Shown here: positions 1 to 8,866 of the stretch, piece after piece | Numbering within the stretch: the stretch's first letter is position 1 | How the letters are laid out: the number at the start of each line of letters is the position of its first letter | Origin: an uncultured Anaerolineaceae bacterium | GTDB taxonomy: Bacteria; Chloroflexota; Anaerolineae; Anaerolineales; E44-bin32 | Length of the DNA: 64,000 bases | Direction of reading: 5' to 3' | Assembly (NCBI GenBank): GCA_964388955.1 | Contig: CAYMCO010000015.1 | Span: 21,266-85,265, forward strand | Position numbers and translations under genes: made by a program | Notes under the pieces: generated by a model | Databases searched by the model: none | What the model was told of the DNA's origin: nothing | Seen by the model: the letters and a program-made list of their open reading frames with translations, nothing else

Positions 1-1593
1 CTGGCCGGGCTCCGCCGCGAAACTGATGCGGTGGAGCACGTCGTCCAGCGCGCTCGGATAGCGGAAGGAGACGTCGCGAAACTCGACGCGACCGGCGAAG
101 GGGGCCTCAAACTGCTTGGGCCGCTTGGGGTCCTTGATGCTGATCTCAGTCTCCAGCACGTCCGCAATCCGCTCGCCGGACACGGCTGCCCTCGGAAGGA
201 AGATAAACATCATTGACATCATGAGGAACGCAAACACGATTTGCATGGCATACTGCATGAAGGCGATCATGTCGCCCACCTGGATATTGGCCTGCGCGAC
301 TTGGTGGGCGCCCACCCAGATGATCGCTACGGATAGGCCATTCATGAGCATCATCATGAGCGGCATCATGGTCACCATCACCCGGGCGATGAACAGGCTG
401 GTGTCCGCCAAATCGCGATTCGCCTTGTCAAAGCGCTCCTCCTCGTCCTTCTGCTTGTTGAAGGCCCGCACTACCATCATGCCCGATAGGTTCTCACGCA
501 CCACCAGATTGAGCCTGTCGATCAGGCTCTGCATGATCTGGAATTTCGGAAGGGTGATCGAGAACGCGGTCAGGATCAAGCCCAGCAGCGTCACCACCGC
601 CACGGCGATGAGGTACCACATGTTGGCGCTCTTATCGATGGCCCGGATGATCGCCCCGACTCCGATGATGGGAGCATACAGCACCATACGGATGATCATG
701 TATGTCACCATCTGGAGTTGGGTGATATCGTTGGTCGAGCGCGTGACGAGAGACGCGGTCGAGAAGCGATCGAACTCCGCGCTCGAGAAGTTTTCCACCC
801 TTTCAAAGGCCGCTAGGCGGATATCCCGTGCCACGCCGGCGGCCGTGCGGGCGGCAAGATAGCCCACCGCGATCATACAAGCGCCGCCCAGCAATGAGAT
901 GAGGAGCATGACGCCCCCCGTTCTCAGGATGTAGTCCCTTTGCATGCGCTCGGTGTTAACCCCGAGCGCTTGATACTCCTGCCTGACTGCTCCCACGGCC
1001 ATCTGGTTGATCATCCCCTCTCCGAGGCTCGCGAATTGCTCGTTCATTTTGGCGGAGAGGGCCGATAGCTGGTCGGCCGGCATCTGCTGAAGCAAGGCGA
1101 GGGGATCCGTACCCGGAGGAAGCCTGGATAGATCAATACCCATGCTCTGGGCCAGCGCTTGCGCCTTGGGCGAATTTGTGCTCAATTCCTCGATACTTGA
1201 GAGTGCTATGAGGGTCTTTCCCATGATCGGATTGATCGCGTTGATCTCCGCCTGGCCCACATCTTTCAGTACATAGATGGGCTCATTCGCCACAGCGGGA
1301 TATTGCCCCACATATTGACTCGCATTCGGGGATCCGGGCGTTATGAGCTGGTAATCCTCTATCACGCGGGTCTTCTGGTCGGCGCTCATGAAGAGGGTGA
1401 GCTTGTCCAACTCACTCTTGCGTATCGCCCCCGGGACCGCGTTCTCCACTCCGCTCTGCTGAATGCCGTTGTCAACGATCCTCGATAGATAGTCGGGAAG
1501 CGCCAGGTCGGCGTTCGCCTGCACGAAGAGCAGCACGATCGCCAGAATGATCAATGGAACATACTTCTTCAGATACTTACTCAAACGGAGCAT
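1..1593 (-). CDS. ABC exporter, fused permease/ATPase (5' part; continues past the left edge)
   Basis: Not in the ORF track because there is no stop inside the window. My translation from ATG 1593-1591 (AGGAG upstream) gives MLRLSKYLKKYVPLIILAIVLLFVQANADLALPDYLSRIVDNGIQQ... The same frame at the left edge reads ...GRVEFRDVSFRYPSALDDVLHRISFAAEPGQ, the typical start of an ABC nucleotide-binding domain. The + ORF 116..862 is its antisense shadow. Confidence 0.8.
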   Translation of the reverse strand, partial: MLRLSKYLKKYVPLIILAIVLLFVQANADLALPDYLSRIVDNGIQQSGVENAVPGAIRKSELDKLTLFMSADQKTRVIEDYQLITPGSPNASQYVGQYPAVANEPIYVLKDVGQAEINAINPIMGKTLIALSSIEELSTNSPKAQALAQSMGIDLSRLPPGTDPLALLQQMPADQLSALSAKMNEQFASLGEGMINQMAVGAVRQEYQALGVNTERMQRDYILRTGGVMLLISLLGGACMIAVGYLAARTAAGVARDIRLAAFERVENFSSAEFDRFSTASLVTRSTNDITQLQMVTYMIIRMVLYAPIIGVGAIIRAIDKSANMWYLIAVAVVTLLGLILTAFSITLPKFQIMQSLIDRLNLVVRENLSGMMVVRAFNKQKDEEERFDKANRDLADTSLFIARVMVTMMPLMMMLMNGLSVAIIWVGAHQVAQANIQVGDMIAFMQYAMQIVFAFLMMSMMFIFLPRAAVSGERIADVLETEISIKDPKRPKQFEAPFAGRVEFRDVSFRYPSALDDVLHRISFAAEPGQ

Positions 1594-1620
1594 GTTGGTA
1601 TATCTCCTGCGATCTGAGGG

Positions 1621-2079
1621 CTAGCCCACATGAACTGCGGGTTGGGCGAGCTGCTCGAGCTTGGTGATCAGCAAGCTCAGCGCGGCCGTGGCCTCCGCCT
1701 TTTCGCTCTCGGATAAGATCTGGGCCAGATCTTCCAGCCAACTCTGGCGCGCCCGGAGGCTTTCCTCCAGAATCCGGCGGCCTCTGTCAGTCAAGACAAT
1801 GCGCTTCACACGCCGGTCTTCCGGATCCTCGCTGCGGGACACCAAGCCCTGCTGCACCAGCCGGTCCAGCATCTGGCTGGCGGCGGCGCTTGTCACCCCC
1901 AGGTGGTCCCCGATTTCCGTGACACCGCAGCTCCCGAGGCGGTGCAGATGGAACAGAGCGCCCAGGTGCGACATCGAGAATCCCCTCTCCCGGGCGAAGC
2001 GGATGAAGTTGCGCATCGAGTGCCGCATGGAGATCTCCAGCCACTCCTTCAGCGTAGTCACAAAGGGGTCCGCGGGCAT
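1621..2079 (-). CDS. MarR family transcriptional regulator
   Basis: 152 aa. The winged-helix core LGALFHLHRLGSCGVTEIGDHLGVTSAAASQMLDRLVQQGLVSRSEDPEDRRVKRIVLTDRGRRIL is typical of MarR. It sits directly upstream of the ABC exporter gene. Confidence 0.85.
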   Translation of the reverse strand: MPADPFVTTLKEWLEISMRHSMRNFIRFARERGFSMSHLGALFHLHRLGSCGVTEIGDHLGVTSAAASQMLDRLVQQGLVSRSEDPEDRRVKRIVLTDRGRRILEESLRARQSWLEDLAQILSESEKAEATAALSLLITKLEQLAQPAVHVG

Positions 2080-2120
2080 GATTCACCTCCCCGAATAGTT
2101 AAGCGGGTGGAAGTATAAAG

Positions 2121-2146
2121 GTTCCTTAGCTAATAGTCAAGGGAAC
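2121..2146. promoter_or_regulatory. candidate MarR operator (imperfect palindrome in an AT-rich patch)
   Basis: GTTCCTTAGCTAATAGTCAAGGGAAC has perfect outer arms GTTCC/GGAAC. It lies about 45 nt upstream of the marR start in an otherwise GC-rich region. The call rests on position and symmetry only. Confidence 0.3.
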
Positions 2147-2219
2147 GGGGGCAGGGGGAGGCACTTGGCAAGCGGGCAGACCACGTGGGGCTGAGAGGTC
2201 AGCGCTTCATTCCCCCGGA

Positions 2220-3149
2220 TCAAACAGCCCTCGGAGAGGGTCGATCCTCAATTCCGGCCTCGAATTCACTCCTTATCGCCCCGCGCAGATAGAGCGCGGT
2301 GGGGACAAATGTGACCGATCCCATGACCGTCACCACGACCACATCGGCCGGCGAGAACTGCGCATCGGTCAGCACGGGCTGCAGGAACAGCACGATGATC
2401 AACCCGACGAACAACATGGTGGTCTGAAACAAGAGCCCGAGCCCCACGGAATAGCCCAGCGGCTTCCGCCTCCAGAGCAGCAATCCGCCGATGACCCAAG
2501 CCGGGGAGAGCAGCGCATCAGGCAGCAGGACCGCCAGCTCCATGACCGGCAGATCGGACCCTCCGGTCATCGCACTCCCCAGCACAACAAAGACGCGGAG
2601 GAATACGAGAATCCCCAGGATGATGAGCACCCCGCCCGACAGCCGAGCACGCACTCGACATTCCAGGTGCGCTTTCACACTCTTGGAATCGATCCCAGCC
2701 ACGACCCCGACAATCGTATAGGCGCTCAAGACGATCAGGACCAGATAGGACATATATATCCAACTCACCGGCATGACGAACGCGTATGCCAAGTAGTTGT
2801 AGAATGCATACATTAGCGCCCCTGGCCAGAGCAACGCACCCACCAGGCCACCTCGCCAAGCGGACCACAAAGAAACCAGCAGAGCAGGCAGTCCAATGAT
2901 GAGGCTGGCGACGTCATTGGCCAATGCGGTCTGGCGCAGCCACTCCGAGGGGTAGATCCGGCCCGGGCTCAGAATGCCGGCAACGGATGCGGCGGTCATA
3001 AGCACGGCCACCAGTAGAGACGAAGCATAGGCCATCCACCAGGCGCCCTCCCTCGGCATCCCCGCAAATCCTGAAGTATTCATCAGCGCAAGCCCTCCGC
3101 TCAGAACGATGGCCAACCCATGTATGACTATTCTCCCCAATTGGCCCAT
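2220..3149 (-). CDS. polytopic membrane protein, unknown function
   Basis: The ORF 2220..3215 is very hydrophobic with multiple predicted TM helices. I chose the start at ATG 3149 (MGQLGRIVIHGLAIV...), and this is uncertain. Confidence 0.55.
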   Translation of the reverse strand: MGQLGRIVIHGLAIVLSGGLALMNTSGFAGMPREGAWWMAYASSLLVAVLMTAASVAGILSPGRIYPSEWLRQTALANDVASLIIGLPALLVSLWSAWRGGLVGALLWPGALMYAFYNYLAYAFVMPVSWIYMSYLVLIVLSAYTIVGVVAGIDSKSVKAHLECRVRARLSGGVLIILGILVFLRVFVVLGSAMTGGSDLPVMELAVLLPDALLSPAWVIGGLLLWRRKPLGYSVGLGLLFQTTMLFVGLIIVLFLQPVLTDAQFSPADVVVVTVMGSVTFVPTALYLRGAIRSEFEAGIEDRPSPRAV

Positions 3150-3563
3150 TTTGGCAATTGGCTGATCCAGCTTCCGTCCATCTGGCTTCAACGGATGTTG
3201 ACGGTGCCCAGGCAACTGACTATCCGGGGAGATGGGACACGAGTCTCGCGGTCAAGTCGACGGTGGAGTGCGAAATGGAGGCTCGGCACTGCCGGTGCTG
3301 GGCCTGGCGGACTTGATAAGCTCCGCCCTGCAGCACCGCTGCGCTGGGGCTCACTCTGACAGCGATTTCCCGGCTTCATCACTGGCTGGTGCACGCGCTG
3401 AGGCAAAGGCTGATCAATCGGCCAGCCTGACGGGCTCTCGCCGGAGCGGCAGCCGAACAACCCATTCTGAGTTGTCGCTGTCATGGCTGAGGATCCCTGA
3501 GGCGGGACGCGCTCAGTCTACCGCGGCCCGGCTTCCCGGGCCCGCAGCGCGGCCTGGGCGCGA

Positions 3564-4490
3564 TCATGCGCCCATGGCGCGGTCTAGAGACGGCTTGAGC
3601 AAAGCATAGATGGCTTGATGCACAGGCGCGGGCTGGTGATGCTCCTCCGCCAAGCGCACGATTGCCCCGCTGAAGGCCTCCAGTTCGAAAGGCCGACCGC
3701 TGGCGACATCCCGCTGCATGGATGACGTCGTTGCAGGCTCGAAGCTTTCCAGCAACTGCAGGGCGCGCCCCACAACATCCTTGGGAAGGGCGACCCCTTC
3801 CGCATGTGCTAGTGCCTCGATCTCTCGCATCGCGTTGATCAGCAATGCTCGGGTTTGCGGCACACTCAGGATCTCTCCGATGTTCGCGCGCGCCAGAGAT
3901 GATACGCCGCCAAAAGATGCGATGAAAAGAAACTTGGTCCAAATGTCTATGTAGATGTTCGATGAATGGATGGCATCCACTCCGCATTCCCGCCAGGCAT
4001 CGAGCAGAGGCGCGAGCCGCCGGCCCGGATGTCGATCCAGTTCGCCGGCCACGATCCGGCGCAACTGGCTTACCTGGCGGATTACACCGGGGCCCTCGAT
4101 CAGACTCGAGACACTGCAGAGGCCGCCAACCACGGAGGCGGAGCCCAGCGAAGAGAGCAGGATCTGATGCGCATCGATGCCATTGAGGAGCGGCAGAATG
4201 ACCGTCCGAGCCTCGACCAGTGGCTTCATCTGGGCGATCGCCTCGTCGAGTTGATAGCGCTTCACGGCCACGATCAGATAATCGACCGGGCCGATCTCCC
4301 CAGGATCATCTGTCGCTTTGACTCCCTCCAGACGAAAATCCCCGTGGGGGCTCTTGATCTGCAGGCCCCGCTCCCGAATGGCAGTCAGATGCTCACCCCG
4401 GGCGATAAAGGCGACATCATGATTCCCCTGAGCGAGCAGTCCGCCGAAATACCCGCCGACTCCGCCCGTCCCGAAGACCGCGATTCTCAT
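3564..4490 (-). CDS. 2-dehydropantoate 2-reductase family protein (ApbA/PanE)
   Basis: The N-terminus MRIAVFGTGGVGGYFGGLLAQGNHDVAFIARGEHL is a Rossmann GxGxxG motif, and length and overall pattern fit the ketopantoate reductase family. The start is set at ATG 4490 rather than the track start 4541. Confidence 0.75.
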   Translation of the reverse strand: MRIAVFGTGGVGGYFGGLLAQGNHDVAFIARGEHLTAIRERGLQIKSPHGDFRLEGVKATDDPGEIGPVDYLIVAVKRYQLDEAIAQMKPLVEARTVILPLLNGIDAHQILLSSLGSASVVGGLCSVSSLIEGPGVIRQVSQLRRIVAGELDRHPGRRLAPLLDAWRECGVDAIHSSNIYIDIWTKFLFIASFGGVSSLARANIGEILSVPQTRALLINAMREIEALAHAEGVALPKDVVGRALQLLESFEPATTSSMQRDVASGRPFELEAFSGAIVRLAEEHHQPAPVHQAIYALLKPSLDRAMGA

Positions 4491-4757
4491 CACTGCCTCA
4501 CAGATATGTTTGGATCGCTCAGTGATCAAATACCCAGACAAGGCAAGGGACCAACAAAGCCGCTGATGAAGCCGGCCATACGGACGATCCAGTGTTTCCT
4601 TCCAGCATTCCCACGCGTGCCAGCGGTATCCCGGCGATCACCTTGGCGCGCTGCTCTTCAGCGCCAGAGCGCGTCCGAGCAGCGCGACCGGCCATCGGCT
4701 GCCCGAGTTGCCCAGACATCGACCGGGCAGCATGGATCGAACTGATCGGGCTTCAGG

Positions 4758-5360
4758 CTACTTCTTCCCCTTGCGGCGCTCCGCCAGCGCTTGTTCGGCC
4801 GCCTTGCCATAGGCTGAACCGGGAAACGCATCCTGCGCGGCGCGAAAGTGCCGAACCGATCTCGCATCCTGGCCTAGCTGGCGGGAGGCGATCCCAAGGT
4901 TATATTCGCACGCGGCCCGGTAACGAATCCCCAGACCTCCCTGCTCGGATTCATCGAGAACCGAACTGAGTATGGCTTCAGCACTGGCGGGATTCTTGCG
5001 AAGAAGCTGTACGATCCCCATGTTGGTCAGCACTATCAGCCGGGTCTGCCGATCCGGGAAAAGACTCAGCGCGACCTGCAGGACTGCGATGGCGTCTCGC
5101 TGGCGCCCCCTCCCCGATAACAGATTTGCGATATCGGCGAGCAGGCGAGAGCGCATTGTGACCAGATAGATGAAGACCAAGAAGAGAATTGGATTGATGT
5201 TTGATCCGCTGACGAAACCCCCGCCAGACATGAGCAGGGTGATCGCAATGCCTTCCAAGGTGAATTGAAAGGAGATTCCCTCGCGTTTCAAATAGCCCAA
5301 GAACCCGAACAGAATTGTGTAGGCAAAACCCAAGACGATGATCATTAGATACTCATTCAT
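4758..5360 (-). CDS. membrane-anchored TPR-like protein
   Basis: The N-terminal half is hydrophobic (MNEYLMIIVLGFAYTILFGFLGYL..., about 3 TM). The C-terminal half is helical-repeat/TPR-like (AIAVLQVALSLFPD..., RYRAACEYNLGIASRQLGQDARSVRHFRAAQDAFPGSAYGKAAEQAL). It is the last gene of the ArsA-like operon. Confidence 0.6.
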   Translation of the reverse strand: MNEYLMIIVLGFAYTILFGFLGYLKREGISFQFTLEGIAITLLMSGGGFVSGSNINPILFLVFIYLVTMRSRLLADIANLLSGRGRQRDAIAVLQVALSLFPDRQTRLIVLTNMGIVQLLRKNPASAEAILSSVLDESEQGGLGIRYRAACEYNLGIASRQLGQDARSVRHFRAAQDAFPGSAYGKAAEQALAERRKGKK

Positions 5361-5428
5361 CAGATATCCTGATCCGCTGCCCTGGCCTCCAGATCTCCGG
5401 GGCAAAACACCGCAGTGCGCCCGAAGCG

Positions 5429-6406
5429 TCAGGCAAACAGATGGTCAGCCGTCCGCCGAAGCATCTCCAACCCGCGCACTTCTGTCTCGAACAGCGGGAC
5501 GATCGCCCGTACCGCCCCGTTGAAAGTGCTCTCAATCTCCCGCATATATTCCGCCTGCATGGCAACACGATTCCTGACGAATTCCGGCGAGTCCTGGGTC
5601 ACGCTTTCCCGATCGATCACCATATTCACGACAACGCCGCCGACCGGTATACCGAAGTCGCTGAACCAGTGGATGAAGCGGGTGATGACCGCGATCGGAA
5701 GAGCCTCCGGCAGGGTCACAAAGAAGAAGGCGGTCAGTGCGGGATTGGTAAGCAGTTTCTTGGCGTGTTCCATCCGCTGCCGAAAATTGAGCAGATACTC
5801 CATCAGGGGATCCTTCTGCTCCTTCTTCCTGCTGTAGGAGAGCATCTCGCGGAGCGATACAGCTTCCTCACGGCTCTTCATCATCTTATTGACCCACAGG
5901 GAATACACAGAGGACATTCCCAGCAGGCGGCGCGCGTTGGCCGTCGGGGCCGTATCAAAGACATACACATCATATTCATCTTCGAACATCAAGTCGATCA
6001 TGTTCTCGAACATGGCCGATTCTTCAAAGGCTGGGTTCATGGTGGCCGATTCGACGAACTCATCCGCCTTGGTCTTGATATCCGCGTACTTGAGGAACCA
6101 TCCGATCTTCTCTCGGATCTCCTTCTTGGATCGTTCAATCGTCTCGCGTGTATCGATTTCGTAGGCGATCAGATTCATCGCCTCGTCGACCGGAGTGGGC
6201 TTACCGAATATATCCATATCCAGAAGACTGGACAAGCTGTGGACCGGGTTGGTCGAGGCCAACAGGGTGCGCCTGCCCCGATTTGCGAACCACAACGCCG
6301 TAGCACCGGCGAGCACAGTTTTCCCGACCCCACCTTTACCCCCGAAGAACGCATACTTCAACTCCGGTTTTTCTCTCAAGAATTCCTGGGTGGACTTGAC
6401 GATCAT
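5429..6406 (-). CDS. ArsA/Get3-family P-loop ATPase (half-size, cysteine-free)
   Basis: It has the deviant Walker A FFGGKGGVGKT and the ArsA-type DTAPTANARRLL motif. The start is ATG 6406, 22 nt after the upstream stop. There is no cysteine in the whole protein. Confidence 0.8.
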   Translation of the reverse strand: MIVKSTQEFLREKPELKYAFFGGKGGVGKTVLAGATALWFANRGRRTLLASTNPVHSLSSLLDMDIFGKPTPVDEAMNLIAYEIDTRETIERSKKEIREKIGWFLKYADIKTKADEFVESATMNPAFEESAMFENMIDLMFEDEYDVYVFDTAPTANARRLLGMSSVYSLWVNKMMKSREEAVSLREMLSYSRKKEQKDPLMEYLLNFRQRMEHAKKLLTNPALTAFFFVTLPEALPIAVITRFIHWFSDFGIPVGGVVVNMVIDRESVTQDSPEFVRNRVAMQAEYMREIESTFNGAVRAIVPLFETEVRGLEMLRRTADHLFA

Positions 6407-6428
6407 GGCAACGCCCCTTCGCTCGCTC

Positions 6429-7427
6429 CTACGATATGCCAGATTTCGCCGGAACAGGTCCAAACATGGCCTCGGCCATTCTCTGGATCATCGGCAAACC
6501 TGTGATATCGCGCTCGAATTCGGGAATGTAGGCCAGGACTTCATCGCCGAACTGCGCCCGGATGCGATCCAGATGTGTCTCTTGCATCTCGATACGATTG
6601 CGCAGATAGGCGGGGATGGTCTCCTTGGCCAGTTCGGGAGGTATCACGCGATTGACGACATATCCGCATAACGGGACATCATACTTGGCAAAGAGACCGG
6701 CCGCTCTTGCCGTATCCCGCAGGGCCATTTCCTCCGGAACGATGACAAAGTAGAATGCGGTTTTTTTCCGGTCGGTCAGGATACTCGAGGAAGTGTTGAT
6801 GCGATGCTTGATGTCCTTCAATTCAATCAAGATCTGGTCCTCTTCGGTCATCTCCTCGCGTTTTATCAGAGAAGCGACTTTGGTATACTCCTCCATCTCC
6901 TGACGCAAGCGGGTGATCTTGTCAATCCACTCGTCATACACACTGGCCATGCTGAGATAGTAGAGCGCATGCCCCAGCGGGACCAGGTCATATATATAGT
7001 AGTCGTACTCCTCAGCCATAACGATGTCCACGACCTGATCGAAGATGGCGCTCTCCTCCATCGCCGGTTCCGCCGCTGCGGCCTGGATGTAATTCTCGAT
7101 CTCCTCCGGTATCTGCTCCATGCCATACATATCCAGAATCTTCTGCCGGATTTCCTGCTGGTACTCCCGGATGTGCTCATCCGCATCAATTTCCTGGGCG
7201 AAGAGGTTGGGAATGATCTCAACCGGCCCTCTTCCGAAAATATCCTGCTCGAAGATATCTGAGAGCGACGCCTGCGGGTCGACGGAAAACACAAGCACGC
7301 GATGCCCGGATTGGGACAGGTGATAGGCCGTGGCGGCCGAAAATGTGGTCTTCCCCAACCCCCCTTTGCCGCCGAACATGATATAGCGGCGATTGGGATT
7401 CTCTGCGAACATCTTTGCCAATGACAT
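6429..7427 (-). CDS. ArsA/Get3-family P-loop ATPase (half-size paralog)
   Basis: It has Walker A MFGGKGGLGKT and a DLVPLGHALYYL switch-like motif. The start is ATG 7427 with AGGAGG upstream. There is a single cysteine (PLCGYVVN), so no As(III) triad and no Get3 CxxC. Confidence 0.8.
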   Translation of the reverse strand: MSLAKMFAENPNRRYIMFGGKGGLGKTTFSAATAYHLSQSGHRVLVFSVDPQASLSDIFEQDIFGRGPVEIIPNLFAQEIDADEHIREYQQEIRQKILDMYGMEQIPEEIENYIQAAAAEPAMEESAIFDQVVDIVMAEEYDYYIYDLVPLGHALYYLSMASVYDEWIDKITRLRQEMEEYTKVASLIKREEMTEEDQILIELKDIKHRINTSSSILTDRKKTAFYFVIVPEEMALRDTARAAGLFAKYDVPLCGYVVNRVIPPELAKETIPAYLRNRIEMQETHLDRIRAQFGDEVLAYIPEFERDITGLPMIQRMAEAMFGPVPAKSGIS

Positions 7428-7440
7428 CCGGTCAGCCCTC

Positions 7441-7716
7441 CTAGGCCAGTGCGTCGGTGAGGTCCCTTTCACGCAGCATGCGGCGCTTCCAGGTTGAAAT
7501 CTGCGGGACGACATAGGGCAGCAGACGGAGTGAATAGTAGGGGGGCAGTATGGGGACCCCCAGCAGGTCTCCCATCGTGATCAAGATGAAGAGATGCTCC
7601 ATGCTACCGCGCGTCTTCAACGCAAAGCGGGTCATATCGTGGCCGGCCATCCCATAGATGAATTGCACCACGGATTCGGCAATTCTTCTGATCCGGCTGC
7701 GCTCTTCTTCGGACAT
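7441..7716 (-). CDS. small conserved protein, paralog 1 (PPYY block), unknown function
   Basis: 91 aa with GGAGG upstream of ATG 7716. The C-terminus is GDLLGVPILPPYYSLRLLPYVVPQISTWKRRMLRERDLTD. It is a paralog of 7878..8174. Confidence 0.7.
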   Translation of the reverse strand: MSEEERSRIRRIAESVVQFIYGMAGHDMTRFALKTRGSMEHLFILITMGDLLGVPILPPYYSLRLLPYVVPQISTWKRRMLRERDLTDALA

Positions 7717-7877
7717 TTACTAGCCTCCATTGTGTTGGACTTCAAACGCACTGGTCTGCCTTCGCGGTCCTCGTTCTCCCTCATCATCAAGGCAAGGCCG
7801 CGATGGGCCTATGGCTTGGCTGTCCCGGCCCTCTGGCACGCGCCGCTTGCACAGCGCGCTCGGGCGGTGGATTCGGC

Positions 7878-8174
7878 TTAGCCGATCTCCTGGTCTATGA
7901 GATCCGTAAGATCCCTCTCCCGCAGCATACTCCTGCGCCAGTTCTCAAAGCCAGGTATGAGATACGGGAGCAGCCGCAGCGTATAGTAGGGCGGCAGGAT
8001 AGGGATCCCCAGGAGATCTCCGTACACGATCAGCGAGAAAAGGCGATCCTCTTCGCTTCGCGCCTTTTGCAGCTCGCGCGCCCAATCGTAGATCGTCATG
8101 CCATAGAGCACTTCGCGGACCGTCCTGGATGCTTTCCTGGTCAGGGCCAGGAACCGCTCTGCTACAAGATTCAT
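7878..8174 (-). CDS. small conserved protein, paralog 2 (PPYY block), unknown function
   Basis: 98 aa counted from ATG 8174, chosen by alignment to paralog 1. The C-terminus is GDLLGIPILPPYYTLRLLPYLIPGFENWRRSMLRERDLTD. The track start at 8207 is a TTG without an SD. Confidence 0.65.
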   Translation of the reverse strand: MNLVAERFLALTRKASRTVREVLYGMTIYDWARELQKARSEEDRLFSLIVYGDLLGIPILPPYYTLRLLPYLIPGFENWRRSMLRERDLTDLIDQEIG

Positions 8175-8296
8175 CGCTATTGGATGTTTTCTCGACTCCC
8201 CCGGCAATCCGTTTCACAGATCAAGCGTCGTTCACAAATGCGTGGCATGCTCCTATCTGCAGGATTCTGGGCTCTCAGCATCTCCGCTTTCGTTGC

Positions 8297-8695
8297 CTAC
8301 CTCGCCGGAGCCTGATGCGGATGCCGCTGTTCCGACAAGCACTCCTGCAACAAATGGTCAAGGGCATTTCGCTCCCAACCGGCATACAGCATGCGCCCCT
8401 CCACGACGAACGCCGGATATTCGCGCACTCGATGTCGCAGCGAGAGGACAAAACCCTGGAGCGATTGCGGATCCACTACCTGAATTCTGAGCTGATTCCG
8501 AAAGCGCCTAACCAGATCCTCCAACCATTCGGCAAGCCTCGAGGCGTCCTGAAGAATAGCCTGCGGATACTCCTCCAATTGCTCGCGATGGACCTGCCCG
8601 CCGATGCCCGCTTGCACGAAGAATTGCTCGCAATGCGGGCAGTGAAAGAAGCCGGTTGGGATCGGTGCGATTACTCGCAGGTCTATGCCGGACAT
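8297..8695 (-). CDS. thioredoxin-fold protein with CPHC motif (ArsD-like topology)
   Basis: MSGIDLRVIAPIPTGFFHCPHCEQFF... followed by ...LRIQVVDPQSLQGFVLSLRHRVREYPAFVVEGRMLYAGW. This gives a beta strand, a CxxC motif and a later xPxF-V-V-x-G segment, as in thioredoxin/ArsD-type folds. It is the first gene of the ArsA-like operon. Confidence 0.5.
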   Translation of the reverse strand: MSGIDLRVIAPIPTGFFHCPHCEQFFVQAGIGGQVHREQLEEYPQAILQDASRLAEWLEDLVRRFRNQLRIQVVDPQSLQGFVLSLRHRVREYPAFVVEGRMLYAGWERNALDHLLQECLSEQRHPHQAPAR

Positions 8696-8866
8696 CGCCA
8701 AATACCCTCTCAGAAATTCTGGGGGTGAGTTTGGTTCATGAATGCCCCCAACCCACCCCCAGATCCTGCGACAAATCGGCTCGACCGCGCAGGAAACCAG
8801 CTTTGCGGCGCGCCTCCTATCTAGCAGTTGGCCATTCCCTCAATAGCCGAAGGCTGCCTTGGAACC

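Noticed and set aside
116-862. 248-aa + strand ORF at the left edge
   Set aside because: It is Met/Ile/Ser/Arg-rich with no motifs. It lies exactly antisense to the ABC exporter frame, which shows a clear NBD start and TMD N-terminus. It is an antisense shadow.
5441-6505. 354-aa + strand ORF
   Set aside because: It is antisense to the ArsA-like ATPase gene, which has an unambiguous P-loop. Its composition (H/R/G/D-rich) is not protein-like.
4758-8695. Reading the ArsA-like locus as an arsenical resistance (ars) operon
   Set aside because: There is no ArsB/Acr3, ArsC or ArsR nearby. The two ATPases contain zero and one cysteine, so the As(III)-binding triad of characterised ArsA is absent.
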